A DNA stretch of 32,668 bases from Pseudobdellovibrionaceae bacterium (lineage in GTDB: Bacteria > Bdellovibrionota > Bdellovibrionia > Bdellovibrionales > Bdellovibrionaceae), in the NCBI GenBank assembly GCA_044359815.1, contig JBIKLL010000024.1:1-32668 (forward strand), read 5' to 3'. The notes below the pieces were generated by a model that saw nothing but the letters and a program-made list of their open reading frames with translations, searched no databases and had not been told where the DNA came from. The position numbers and the translations under genes are program-made. Shown in pieces: positions 1 through 8,423 of this stretch. Within the stretch, counting starts at the first letter, position 1. Each line of letters begins with the position of its first letter.

Positions 1-2073
1 GTCGTAATCTTTGGGATCAGCAAATGTGGCAGCCAAAACGCCCTGTTTTTTCAGATTGGTTTCATGAATTCTGGCAAAGCTTTTTGTAATCACAGCTGTG
101 CATCCCAAAAATCTGGGCGACATAGCCGCGTGTTCGCGCGATGATCCTTCTCCATAATTTTCATCACCAATAATCACCCAACCCTTGCCACGTTTTTGAT
201 AATCCCTGGCAACTTTAGTGAACTCAATAGAGCTTTCGCCCGACAACAGATTACGGCCTTTGCCAATTTCTTTGGTAAATGCATTGTCTGCACCCAAAAG
301 CATATTGTTAGAAATATTATCTAAATGCCCTCTGTATTTTAGCCATGGACCGCCTGGACTGATGTGATCCGTTGTGCATTTGCCTTTTGCTTTGGCTAAA
401 ACCAATTGCTCAGTAAAATCTTTTCCGTCCCATTTTATAAATGGCTTTAATAATTGCAATCGATCCGATTTTTCACTGACGGCAACCTTTGCATCTTTAC
501 CTTGGGGTTTTTGGTAACCCTCGGTGTCTGCCACAAAACCTTTGCTGGGAAGCTCAGGAGCTTCTGGAGCCTTCAGCTTGATGCCACCCTTTGGAGTTTT
601 CAGCTCGTCAGTCATTGGATTAAAATCCAATCGGCCAGCCACGCCCAATGCCATCACTAATTCTGGCGAACCAATAAAAGCCAAAGTTTCGGCGTTTGAA
701 TCATTTCGGCCTCGAAAGTTTCGATTAAATGAAGTCACTATTGTATTTTTGGTTCCTGTTTTAACATCATCACGCTTCCATTGACCAATACATGGACCAC
801 AAGCGTTTGCTAAAACGGTGGCTCCCACCTGAGTCAGCACACTCATTTGTCCATCACGTTCGATGGTATTTTGAATTTGTGTAGATCCTGGTGACACCAA
901 AAATGGTTGAGCCATCTTGACTCCGGCATCCAGAGCTTGTTTTGCAACAAAGGCCGCTCGCCCAATGTCTTCGTAAGAAGAATTTGTGCAAGATCCGATC
1001 AAAGCACTGGATAACTGAACCGTCCAACCTTTTTCTGCGGCTTCTTTTTTGATTGCCGAAATCGGTCTGGCCAAATCAGGTGTGTGTGGCCCAACCAAGT
1101 GAGGTTCCAATACTGATAAATCAATTTCGTAAACTTCGTCGAAATATTTTTTAGGATCTTTTTCGACCTCGGGATCAGCTAATAAAATATCTTTATTTTG
1201 ATCTGCGATCTGGGCCAATCCTTCCCTTTGGGTGGCTTTTAAATATCCAGCCATTTTTTCGTCGTAAGGAAATATCGAACAGGTAGCTCCCAGCTCGGCA
1301 CCCATGTTTGTGATTGTGGCCTTGCCTGTGCACGAAATAGATTTTGTACCTTCACCAAAATATTCAACAATTTTATCAGTTCCGCCTTTTACCGTCAGCA
1401 TTCCGCATAATTTTAAAATGACGTCTTTGGCTGAAGTCCATCCGTTCATTTTACCTTTTAGATGAACACCAATCAGTTTTGGATTTTTAACTTCCCAAGC
1501 CAGGCCCGCCATCACGTCAGAGGCATCTGATCCCCCAACACCGACAGCGCACATTCCTAAGCCGCCTGCATTTGGAGTGTGAGAATCAGTCCCGATGATT
1601 AATCCACCTGGGAAAGCGTAGTTTTCAAGAATCACTTGATGGATAATCCCAGCGCCGGGTTTCCAAAAACCAATATTGTATCTGGAACTGGCCGTCGCCA
1701 AAAAATCATAAACTTCTTTGTTTGATGACATGGCAGATCCCATGTCTTTTTCTTTACCCACATAGGCTTGGATCAAATGATCACAATGCACAGTTGATGG
1801 CACTGCGGCTTCGTCCTTACCTGCCAACATAAATTGCAAAATAGCCATCTGAGCCGTAGCATCCTGCATTGCAACCCGATCTGGTCGCAGCAATAAAAAG
1901 CTTTTGCCTCTTTCCAGTTCTTGATTCTGAGGGTCGTCCAAATGTCCCAACAAAACCTTTTCAGCTAGGGTCATGGGGCGCCCTAAACGTTTTTTAACGA
2001 TGGCGATGCGCTCTTTAGTTTTTTTATAAACGTTTTGGACCATTTCGGGAGTGGTTTCGATTTTGGCTGACAT
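1..2073 (-). CDS. acnA: Aconitate hydratase, mitochondrial (ACO2)-type; 3' end runs off the window
   Basis: Not in the ORF track because there is no stop in the window. ATG at 2073 with AGGAGT upstream. Translation [12 protein letters not shown]...[14 protein letters not shown]...[19 protein letters not shown]...VHCDHLI...[13 protein letters not shown]...NMGAELGA...[11 protein letters not shown]...[11 protein letters not shown]...CTTDHISP...[11 protein letters not shown] contains the aconitase motifs. Confidence 0.95.
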   Translation of the reverse strand, partial: MSAKIETTPEMVQNVYKKTKERIAIVKKRLGRPMTLAEKVLLGHLDDPQNQELERGKSFLLLRPDRVAMQDATAQMAILQFMLAGKDEAAVPSTVHCDHLIQAYVGKEKDMGSAMSSNKEVYDFLATASSRYNIGFWKPGAGIIHQVILENYAFPGGLIIGTDSHTPNAGGLGMCAVGVGGSDASDVMAGLAWEVKNPKLIGVHLKGKMNGWTSAKDVILKLCGMLTVKGGTDKIVEYFGEGTKSISCTGKATITNMGAELGATCSIFPYDEKMAGYLKATQREGLAQIADQNKDILLADPEVEKDPKKYFDEVYEIDLSVLEPHLVGPHTPDLARPISAIKKEAAEKGWTVQLSSALIGSCTNSSYEDIGRAAFVAKQALDAGVKMAQPFLVSPGSTQIQNTIERDGQMSVLTQVGATVLANACGPCIGQWKRDDVKTGTKNTIVTSFNRNFRGRNDSNAETLAFIGSPELVMALGVAGRLDFNPMTDELKTPKGGIKLKAPEAPELPSKGFVADTEGYQKPQGKDAKVAVSEKSDRLQLLKPFIKWDGKDFTEQLVLAKAKGKCTTDHISPGGPWLKYRGHLDNISNNMLLGADNAFTKEIGKGRNLLSGESSIEFTKVARDYQKRGKGWVIIGDENYGEGSSREHAAMSPRFLGCTAVITKSFARIHETNLKKQGVLAATFADPKDYD

Positions 2074-2342
2074 ATTTTGAACTCCTATTTTATTGATCTG
2101 CCCAGTCTAACCCCTATGGTTCTGATACACAACGATGAGAGCCGTCGCATTAGGTTTTCAATTGTGAATTTTCAGAATTGGGCCACCGTCGAGTCGGCGC
2201 TTTTTTCTGCCATTTATGATGGCTATGAATTGATCACAATCTCTGACCAGACTGCACGTTTTTAATCATTCGTTTTTAGTATAACAACATTGTCTTTATG
2301 AATTTTATCTGCCAGCAATACTGAGCTAAGGTTTTATTTATT

Positions 2343-2816
2343 ATGAAGGCACTACTTAGGTCTGGTTTTATTATTGTTATGTTGGTTATCAGCCAAACAG
2401 CTTTTGCCAATCAAAAGGTTTTTAAAGGACTGATTGATACGGCTCAGAAAAACTGCCCTGAACTGAACTGCAGCCAAGAATTTTTTGTGCGCCCATTAAC
2501 TGAAGCTGAAACAAGCAGTTTGAATTCTGTGATGATGCTGAGGATTCACCAAATCGCTTTTGATTTGAATCAACTCTGGGGTGACACCATTTTAGAAGGT
2601 GACTATGAAGTCACTGGTGAAATGCATTTAGAAATTTTAAGTGGTGTTTTTATAAACGGTAAATTATCTGGGTTTCGCATCCAGTATTCGCAACCAGCCA
2701 AGGATTTGTTGAAGGATCAGACTGGCAAAATCACAGAAAAAGGTTTTGTGTCTTTGAATCTGACCGAAGCCTTTGTCGATGAATTTTCTATGGCAAAATT
2801 TTTTGCTGGTAACTAG
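2343..2816 (+). CDS. Hypothetical secreted protein
   Basis: 157-aa ORF with a Sec-type signal peptide (MKALLRSGFIIVMLVISQTAFA); no family recognised. Confidence 0.8.
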   Translation: MKALLRSGFIIVMLVISQTAFANQKVFKGLIDTAQKNCPELNCSQEFFVRPLTEAETSSLNSVMMLRIHQIAFDLNQLWGDTILEGDYEVTGEMHLEILSGVFINGKLSGFRIQYSQPAKDLLKDQTGKITEKGFVSLNLTEAFVDEFSMAKFFAGN

Positions 2817-2828
2817 TCCATCTATTAA

Positions 2829-3308
2829 CTAGCTGACCTTGATGATTTCGTACTCGAAGGTTTTATGTTCTTTTTCGACGATGGCGATGTCACCCACCTT
2901 TAAACCGACCAAGGCTTCGCCTAAGGGGCTTTTGGGTGTGAGGACTTGGATAATCCCCTGATCAGTTTCAAGCGTCATTCCGCCAGCAGCCGGAGTTAAA
3001 AATGCTTTTGTTATTTTGTCATCAAGGGAAAGCTCGACAAGGGCCGTGGGACCAATCGGCGTTGACGGGTCAAAATCCCTTAGCTTCAGTGATTTATAAA
3101 TAAACACAGACTCTTCAATTTCGACCAATCTTTTGGCTTGGGCTCCCGCTAAATACCCAGCCTCTAGTGCACGGGTGTCGTATTGATTTTCGGCGATGCT
3201 TTCTTCACCAGTGGCAGCCGCCAGTGTTTCCATGGCCGCAGCTTTCAGGGCCACTAAATCTGCTTCCAATTTTATCAGGATTTTTTCGACGATAATTTTT
3301 TTATTCAT
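2829..3308 (-). CDS. GreA/GreB-family transcription elongation factor-like protein
   Basis: N-terminal coiled coil with AENQYDTRALEAGYLA and C-terminal GreA_GreB motif TPKSPLGEALVGLKVGD. Confidence 0.85.
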   Translation of the reverse strand: MNKKIIVEKILIKLEADLVALKAAAMETLAAATGEESIAENQYDTRALEAGYLAGAQAKRLVEIEESVFIYKSLKLRDFDPSTPIGPTALVELSLDDKITKAFLTPAAGGMTLETDQGIIQVLTPKSPLGEALVGLKVGDIAIVEKEHKTFEYEIIKVS

Positions 3309-3357
3309 AAAAATTGCTTCAAGCTATCAACTGCAAGTCTAGCAATCAACTAGTAAT

Positions 3358-4575
3358 CTAAGCTGTTTTTTTGTCGCCATTTTCAGAGGCAGATGAGTTG
3401 TCGCTTTGATCTGTGGTTTCTGAACTTTCATTTTGCTCTGCAATTCGCAGTACGTCTTGATACCAATCTTGAAACCATGTGAAAGCTAATTTTACCCGCT
3501 CGCACTGGTACATTGAAATTCTCATTTTCAGAGCGAACATCACATCCACGTGGGACTGGTAAAGCATAACTGAAACAAATTCCTGAGCCACCAACAGGCA
3601 GGCATCCATAATGCCCATTTCGTGGCTTTCTTGATCAATTGGTGCATGGGACACATCAACCATTTCAGCTGTATGTGGAGGACACATTTCCCATTTGTTT
3701 GCCATATCGACAGCGTTTTGAATTTTTTTAGATAAAAATCCATTAGCCGAAATCCCTAGCAGCATTTCACCAGTTCGCATATTCCACAGATTGTAATACT
3801 CATCCTCGGACAGATTAGAAGCCAAAATCAATTCTGAAAAAGCAAACCCCTGCATCTGAGGATCTAACTTGCCCAGCATTTTTTCAGATAACGCTGTCGA
3901 AATCAGGTTGGTAATTACACATGAATTAAGTCTTCGTGTAGAGCTTGAATTTAATATTTCTTGAAACATCTGACTGTGTTGCTTGCTGGATTTCAATGCC
4001 CCCAAGGCGACCTTGAAATTTTCCTCAGCTTCGTTTTTTACATGATCAGCTATTCCCATCCACTCTGAGAAATCATTTACCAGCTCGGTGTTAACCTTAA
4101 GAGCTGACAAGCTGCCATCGTATTTCAGATACTTGATATAGGATTGATTGAATTTCCTGAGCACATCCAACAGCATTTTATCCATAGGGACATTTAAATC
4201 AGGTCCACTGTGACTTTCCGCGAACTGAATCTGATTGGCGACATAACTGTGAATGGCATGAAGCTCCAAAGGCATTCGCTGAATTTCTACATTTTTTGAT
4301 TCAGGCAATATGTCCATGCCCTCAATAATTAAACTAAATGAAGCATTTTTTTGATCATTTAATCCCAGTGCAATCTGTCTGCATTGAGCAATTTCTGTCC
4401 CAATCAAATCAACAATCACGGCACCACTAAAATCTTTAAAATTTATGGCAGAAACAGAATTAAAATCCTTGCGCTCAACCTGAATTGAAAATTTATTCTG
4501 CAGATAGGCCTGCAACAGACGAAACAATCCCCGTCTTGAATTATGATTTAAAATCGTAACTGTCTTTGCGCCCAT
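3358..4575 (-). CDS. Hypothetical protein, probably receiver-like N-terminus plus degenerate HD-GYP-like domain
   Basis: 405-aa ORF. The helical C-terminal half follows HD-GYP architecture (CPPHTAEMVDVSH, DACLLVAQEFV) but lacks the catalytic motifs. The ORF is confident; the domain call is tentative. Confidence 0.5.
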   Translation of the reverse strand: MGAKTVTILNHNSRRGLFRLLQAYLQNKFSIQVERKDFNSVSAINFKDFSGAVIVDLIGTEIAQCRQIALGLNDQKNASFSLIIEGMDILPESKNVEIQRMPLELHAIHSYVANQIQFAESHSGPDLNVPMDKMLLDVLRKFNQSYIKYLKYDGSLSALKVNTELVNDFSEWMGIADHVKNEAEENFKVALGALKSSKQHSQMFQEILNSSSTRRLNSCVITNLISTALSEKMLGKLDPQMQGFAFSELILASNLSEDEYYNLWNMRTGEMLLGISANGFLSKKIQNAVDMANKWEMCPPHTAEMVDVSHAPIDQESHEMGIMDACLLVAQEFVSVMLYQSHVDVMFALKMRISMYQCERVKLAFTWFQDWYQDVLRIAEQNESSETTDQSDNSSASENGDKKTA

Positions 4576-4771
4576 AAACTCTTTTCGGCCTTATAAATTC
4601 AAACCTTTACGTTAATTTTTTATAAAACGTTTAACTTTTGAACACCAAATGTATTGACTTAAAACATATCGATTCATTCTGTACTATTTCTGGATCAGAA
4701 CGCAAAATATAAACAAATATTTGTTTAGAATTTCTGTTTATTATGTTCTCAAATGGCAGCAAGGAGTTATT

Positions 4772-4858
4772 ATGTTCCAGTTTTGGAATTATAAGTTAAA
4801 TATGACTTATGTTAAAGAAAGCCATTCACCCGTCGCGAAAAAGCTATTTCAAGCTTAA
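4772..4858 (+). CDS. Candidate 28-aa small protein
   Basis: AAGGAG 5 nt before the ATG; MFQFWNYKLNMTYVKESHSPVAKKLFQA*; its stop overlaps the top6A stop (TTAA). Confidence 0.3.
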   Translation: MFQFWNYKLNMTYVKESHSPVAKKLFQA

Positions 4859-6018
4859 ACGTAAGATTTATTTTTGATTTTCTCTAAAATGATTTTTTCC
4901 ATTTTGATTTTATCATTTGGATCGACAGAAAAGTACGCTTGCTGTTCGCAACGAATTTTTTCCTTCAATAGCCAACGTAAAATATCAGCCAATCCTTTGT
5001 TCTTCTTGTCCAAAAAGAACGGATCATTTTCCAAGGCGTCTTTGGCTTTTTTCAATGACCTGGCTTCGGCCACGTCGTTTTCTTTCACCTTGTAATAAGG
5101 CAGATCATACTTTTTAACGTCTTCTGGCAGCACCCCTAAAAACTTAACATCCGGGGCACTAAAATCAGCATTTCTGATCAGTGAAGCCGCAGATCCGGCT
5201 TTCAAGGTTCTAAAAATATTTTGCAATGTGTACGCATCCAAATCGCCGAAAAAATACATAGGCACTGCCAATTGATCTTCAATCAATTTACACCATCCAC
5301 GTACAGCATTTGATGGAACACCTTGAGCACCTATCAGGATACAATTATTTCGCTTAGTGAATCCCATTGATTGCAGGGTGTTTGCGGTACCTTCAGATTC
5401 GATGACCAGTGCAAAATCAATTTTCTTTTTAGCCTTAAGCTTCAAAGACTGCGGTTTGTTTTTAGGTTGATAAGGCGCCGTTCCCAATGTCGACAGATCA
5501 ACAACGGCTTTATCGCCATCAGCCATGGTTTCAGTAACCACCAGCTGTTTAGAATAAGTTTGCCCACCCCTATCGTTGGCAAAACAATTCAGCTCTTCAC
5601 GATAAACCTTTAGCATGTCCCCGATAAAATCTATGATCGAATCACTTTCATTCTGATCATCAAAATCCAAGGGTCTAAATTTAGGTTCATTTTTTATCAG
5701 ACCTTTACAGATATAATATAATTCCCTTTTTGTATTTACGGCTTCGATTTCCAGGTTTCTGAGCAGGATTTCCAGCATAAAAACCACTCGGGCCAGTTTC
5801 TGCACGCTGGAAACATTGAGCTCGGTACGAACAACCTTATCCCCAGGGGTTAAAAATCCCACCTTTGGATTGTAAAATGAATTATCTAAGGAAGTCTTAA
5901 CGGCTTCCAATACAGGTCGTTTGCTTTTCTCCAGATCAGTCAACATCCTTTCGGCCATAATTTTTGCTTCATCAGGAATGTCGATTTTCAATTCACGAAT
6001 GCTGATTAACTTGGACAT
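4855..6018 (-). CDS. top6A: DNA topoisomerase VI subunit A (Spo11-like)
   Basis: TKRELYY catalytic-Tyr motif, FDDQNESDSII, TOPRIM motifs LVIESEG, GAQGVP and FGDLD, and EQQA; directly downstream of top6B. Confidence 0.95.
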   Translation of the reverse strand: MSKLISIRELKIDIPDEAKIMAERMLTDLEKSKRPVLEAVKTSLDNSFYNPKVGFLTPGDKVVRTELNVSSVQKLARVVFMLEILLRNLEIEAVNTKRELYYICKGLIKNEPKFRPLDFDDQNESDSIIDFIGDMLKVYREELNCFANDRGGQTYSKQLVVTETMADGDKAVVDLSTLGTAPYQPKNKPQSLKLKAKKKIDFALVIESEGTANTLQSMGFTKRNNCILIGAQGVPSNAVRGWCKLIEDQLAVPMYFFGDLDAYTLQNIFRTLKAGSAASLIRNADFSAPDVKFLGVLPEDVKKYDLPYYKVKENDVAEARSLKKAKDALENDPFFLDKKNKGLADILRWLLKEKIRCEQQAYFSVDPNDKIKMEKIILEKIKNKSYV

Positions 6019-6019
6019 C

Positions 6020-7945
6020 TTAACCCTCTAGTTCTTTCTCGTGATCAATTTTTACTTTTTTTTTTGTTGTGTCTGCTTGCTTCTTAGTTGTATCGGCCAT
6101 TTTTTTGGTCGTATCAGCTTGCTTTTTCGTCGTGTCCGCTTGCTTCTTGGTCGTATCAGCCATTTTTTTGGTAGTATCTGCTAACTTCTTGGTAGTCTTA
6201 CCAGAGGAGCTTTCATCATCTGAATCACTAGGCAATAATTCCAACTGCTCTTCATTGAACTCTGACGCTTCCTCAGATTTAGCAGCCCCATCGTCATCAT
6301 CTTCAGGTAAACCTAATTTTTTCCGTTGTTTTTGCTTTTGCACCGACAGCTTCATTTCTGCGTCTTCCAAATCCTTTTTGGCGTCGGCTGAATCTCTGCC
6401 CAGTAATTTTTTAAGACCTTCTTCGGCCTTTTTTGCTCTGGCAGCATTGGATTTAGTGATTCTGACCAAGCACTCTACCAAAATAGGCCCGAACTGTTCG
6501 ATGTGAGCCAGCTTTCGTTCCAAATCTGCTTCTTTGAATTCTTTTTTAATGTGTCTGGAAAGCTTTTGCCCAGCTTGCATCAAGGCTCTGCGAATTTCCT
6601 CAACTAATTCTTCGCTGGCATCGATGGTTTCTTTGGATGCATTTTTAAATTTAATAAAAGGCGACGTAACTGCCACCGCAAAAACATAGGGTCCAATGGG
6701 CAGACTGTTTTTGGGTTGAGCCAATCCATAGTTTTTCCAATTAACAGACTCAATCGCCCAGGTGATAGCACACCCAGATTTATCAAACTGCAATGGCACT
6801 CTATTGGCAAATCTGAGCAACTGCACAGGCTCATCAGCTTCTTGGTTGCGGTTAATAAACCTGGCCAAAGCAACCTCAACTACCACTGGTTTAAAATCAC
6901 AGATTGCTGGTTTTCTGGTTACGACACTGAAAAAATCAATCTGGCCCAATCTTTGAATGGATTTAGATAAAGCTTCCTCACTGACAGTCATCACCGATTT
7001 GGTGGATGGAGCCATCAGCTGGACTTCTTGCATCGCCTGAAAAACTTTTTTAAATTCTTCATCTTTGATTGTTGAAATTGGCTTATTCAGTAAATTTTTA
7101 GGAAGTCCTTTTGCAACAAATTCTTTGATCGATTGATCATTGATTCGGGAAAATCCAGTTTTTAAAAACTTATCCAAGTTAGTTTTACCAAACAATGTGG
7201 CGTGGGTGATCAGCTCGCCCAGTTTAAAAGTATGAGGATGGGGCAATGTGGGCTGCGGAATTTCTGGCACCGCTGTGCTGACCCGCTCAATTTTGACCCA
7301 GTCCTGATCCAATAATTTATAATTAAGCGACAGATGAGGATTCACCAAAACTGTGCCCTCTATATAAGTGATCAAACCGCCGTCACCGTTTAATTGAACA
7401 CGTCCATCAATAACGAACTCAACACGCACACCGCTTTTTTTATCCCAATCAACAGTTTCTTTGTTTTTCAAAACACCGGTATTTGATTTAATATCAACAT
7501 CGACTTGGCCAGTGATCGCTTTTCGCATGCTGGATGTTTTGGATTTTACAAAAGCACCCTTGGCATTTGTTAATTGCGCCCAAGTGGTTGCAGCCGAAAT
7601 ACCAATACCCTGTTGTCCCCGTGAACATTGTCCCTTGCCAAATTTAGAAGACGCCAAATATTCACCAAAAACCTTGGCCAAATCATCGGCCTCAATGCCT
7701 GGGCCGTTGTCCTCGACGACAATTTTAATCAGATCTGTATTTTTGGATGACCCTTGGCCGACTTTTTTAATTTCGATGGAAACTTCGGGCAAGATGCCTT
7801 CTTGCTCGCAGGCGTCTAACGAATTATCCACGGCCTCTTTGAGGGTGGTTAACACCGCCTTGATCGGAGAAGAAAAGCCAACCTGTTGCAAGTTTTTAGA
7901 AAAATACTCTGCCGTACTACTTTTAGTAATCTTTGATGTTGCCAT
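6020..7945 (-). CDS. top6B: DNA topoisomerase VI subunit B (GHKL ATPase) with acidic and Lys-rich repeat tail
   Basis: AEYFSKNLQQVGF, KEAVDNSLDACE, VEDNGPGI, SSKF...SRGQQGIGISAA, LRFANRVPLQF and SKETID match Top6B. Confidence 0.96.
   Translation of the reverse strand: MATSKITKSSTAEYFSKNLQQVGFSSPIKAVLTTLKEAVDNSLDACEQEGILPEVSIEIKKVGQGSSKNTDLIKIVVEDNGPGIEADDLAKVFGEYLASSKFGKGQCSRGQQGIGISAATTWAQLTNAKGAFVKSKTSSMRKAITGQVDVDIKSNTGVLKNKETVDWDKKSGVRVEFVIDGRVQLNGDGGLITYIEGTVLVNPHLSLNYKLLDQDWVKIERVSTAVPEIPQPTLPHPHTFKLGELITHATLFGKTNLDKFLKTGFSRINDQSIKEFVAKGLPKNLLNKPISTIKDEEFKKVFQAMQEVQLMAPSTKSVMTVSEEALSKSIQRLGQIDFFSVVTRKPAICDFKPVVVEVALARFINRNQEADEPVQLLRFANRVPLQFDKSGCAITWAIESVNWKNYGLAQPKNSLPIGPYVFAVAVTSPFIKFKNASKETIDASEELVEEIRRALMQAGQKLSRHIKKEFKEADLERKLAHIEQFGPILVECLVRITKSNAARAKKAEEGLKKLLGRDSADAKKDLEDAEMKLSVQKQKQRKKLGLPEDDDDGAAKSEEASEFNEEQLELLPSDSDDESSSGKTTKKLADTTKKMADTTKKQADTTKKQADTTKKMADTTKKQADTTKKKVKIDHEKELEG
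6059..6200 (-). repeat. In-frame 21-bp/7-aa tandem repeat (x-ADTTKK) x6 in the Top6B C-terminus
   Basis: Translation KTTKKLADTTKKMADTTKKQADTTKKQADTTKKMADTTKKQADTTKKK; the DNA copies differ at synonymous sites. Confidence 0.92.
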
Positions 7946-8028
7946 TAAATTTTTCCTCTACACTAAATAGAAAAGGCAAATCCACTGGTTTTCGCAAGGA
8001 TTTCATTAAAAACAGCGCGCGTGCTGCG

Positions 8029-8310
8029 TTATTCAACAGTTAAATGGTGCTTCTTTTTTGAATTACAAGCTTTGCAAGCCGTCACGCAGTTGGATTTATC
8101 AGATTTACCACCTCGTGCAATCGGTATCAGGTGATCCATTGTGAGCTCAGAGGGATGGAAATTCTGTTCACAATAATGGCATTTACCCCGGCCCAATTGG
8201 TTTTTCCACCACTGGGTGGCTTTAAGTTCCTTGGCTTTTGCCCTTTGCTGCTTTTGAAAATCAGCCGGAGCCGGAACAAAGAATTTTAAAGACTCATCTG
8301 CCATTTGCAT
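8029..8310 (-). CDS. Small standalone HNH endonuclease-family protein
   Basis: CHYC...LTMDHLIPIARGG...NCVTACKACNSKK; the start may be the second Met (8304). Confidence 0.9.
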   Translation of the reverse strand: MQMADESLKFFVPAPADFQKQQRAKAKELKATQWWKNQLGRGKCHYCEQNFHPSELTMDHLIPIARGGKSDKSNCVTACKACNSKKKHHLTVE

Positions 8311-8423
8311 CCCAATAATATTTTCGTCTTAAAGTTTTGCAGCCAAAAAATCGACGTCTCAAAAAGAAACACTTTTAAAACTGACAGTCAACATCAGGGG
8401 AATTTTCGTGCTAATCTTAGAGC

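Noticed and set aside
454..784. Plus-strand ORFs 454-660 and 524-784
   Set aside because: Antisense shadows of aconitase.
6069..7970. Plus-strand ORFs within top6B, including the (FLVVSA)n hydrophobic ORF
   Set aside because: Antisense shadows; the repeat is the reverse reading of the ADTTKK tail.
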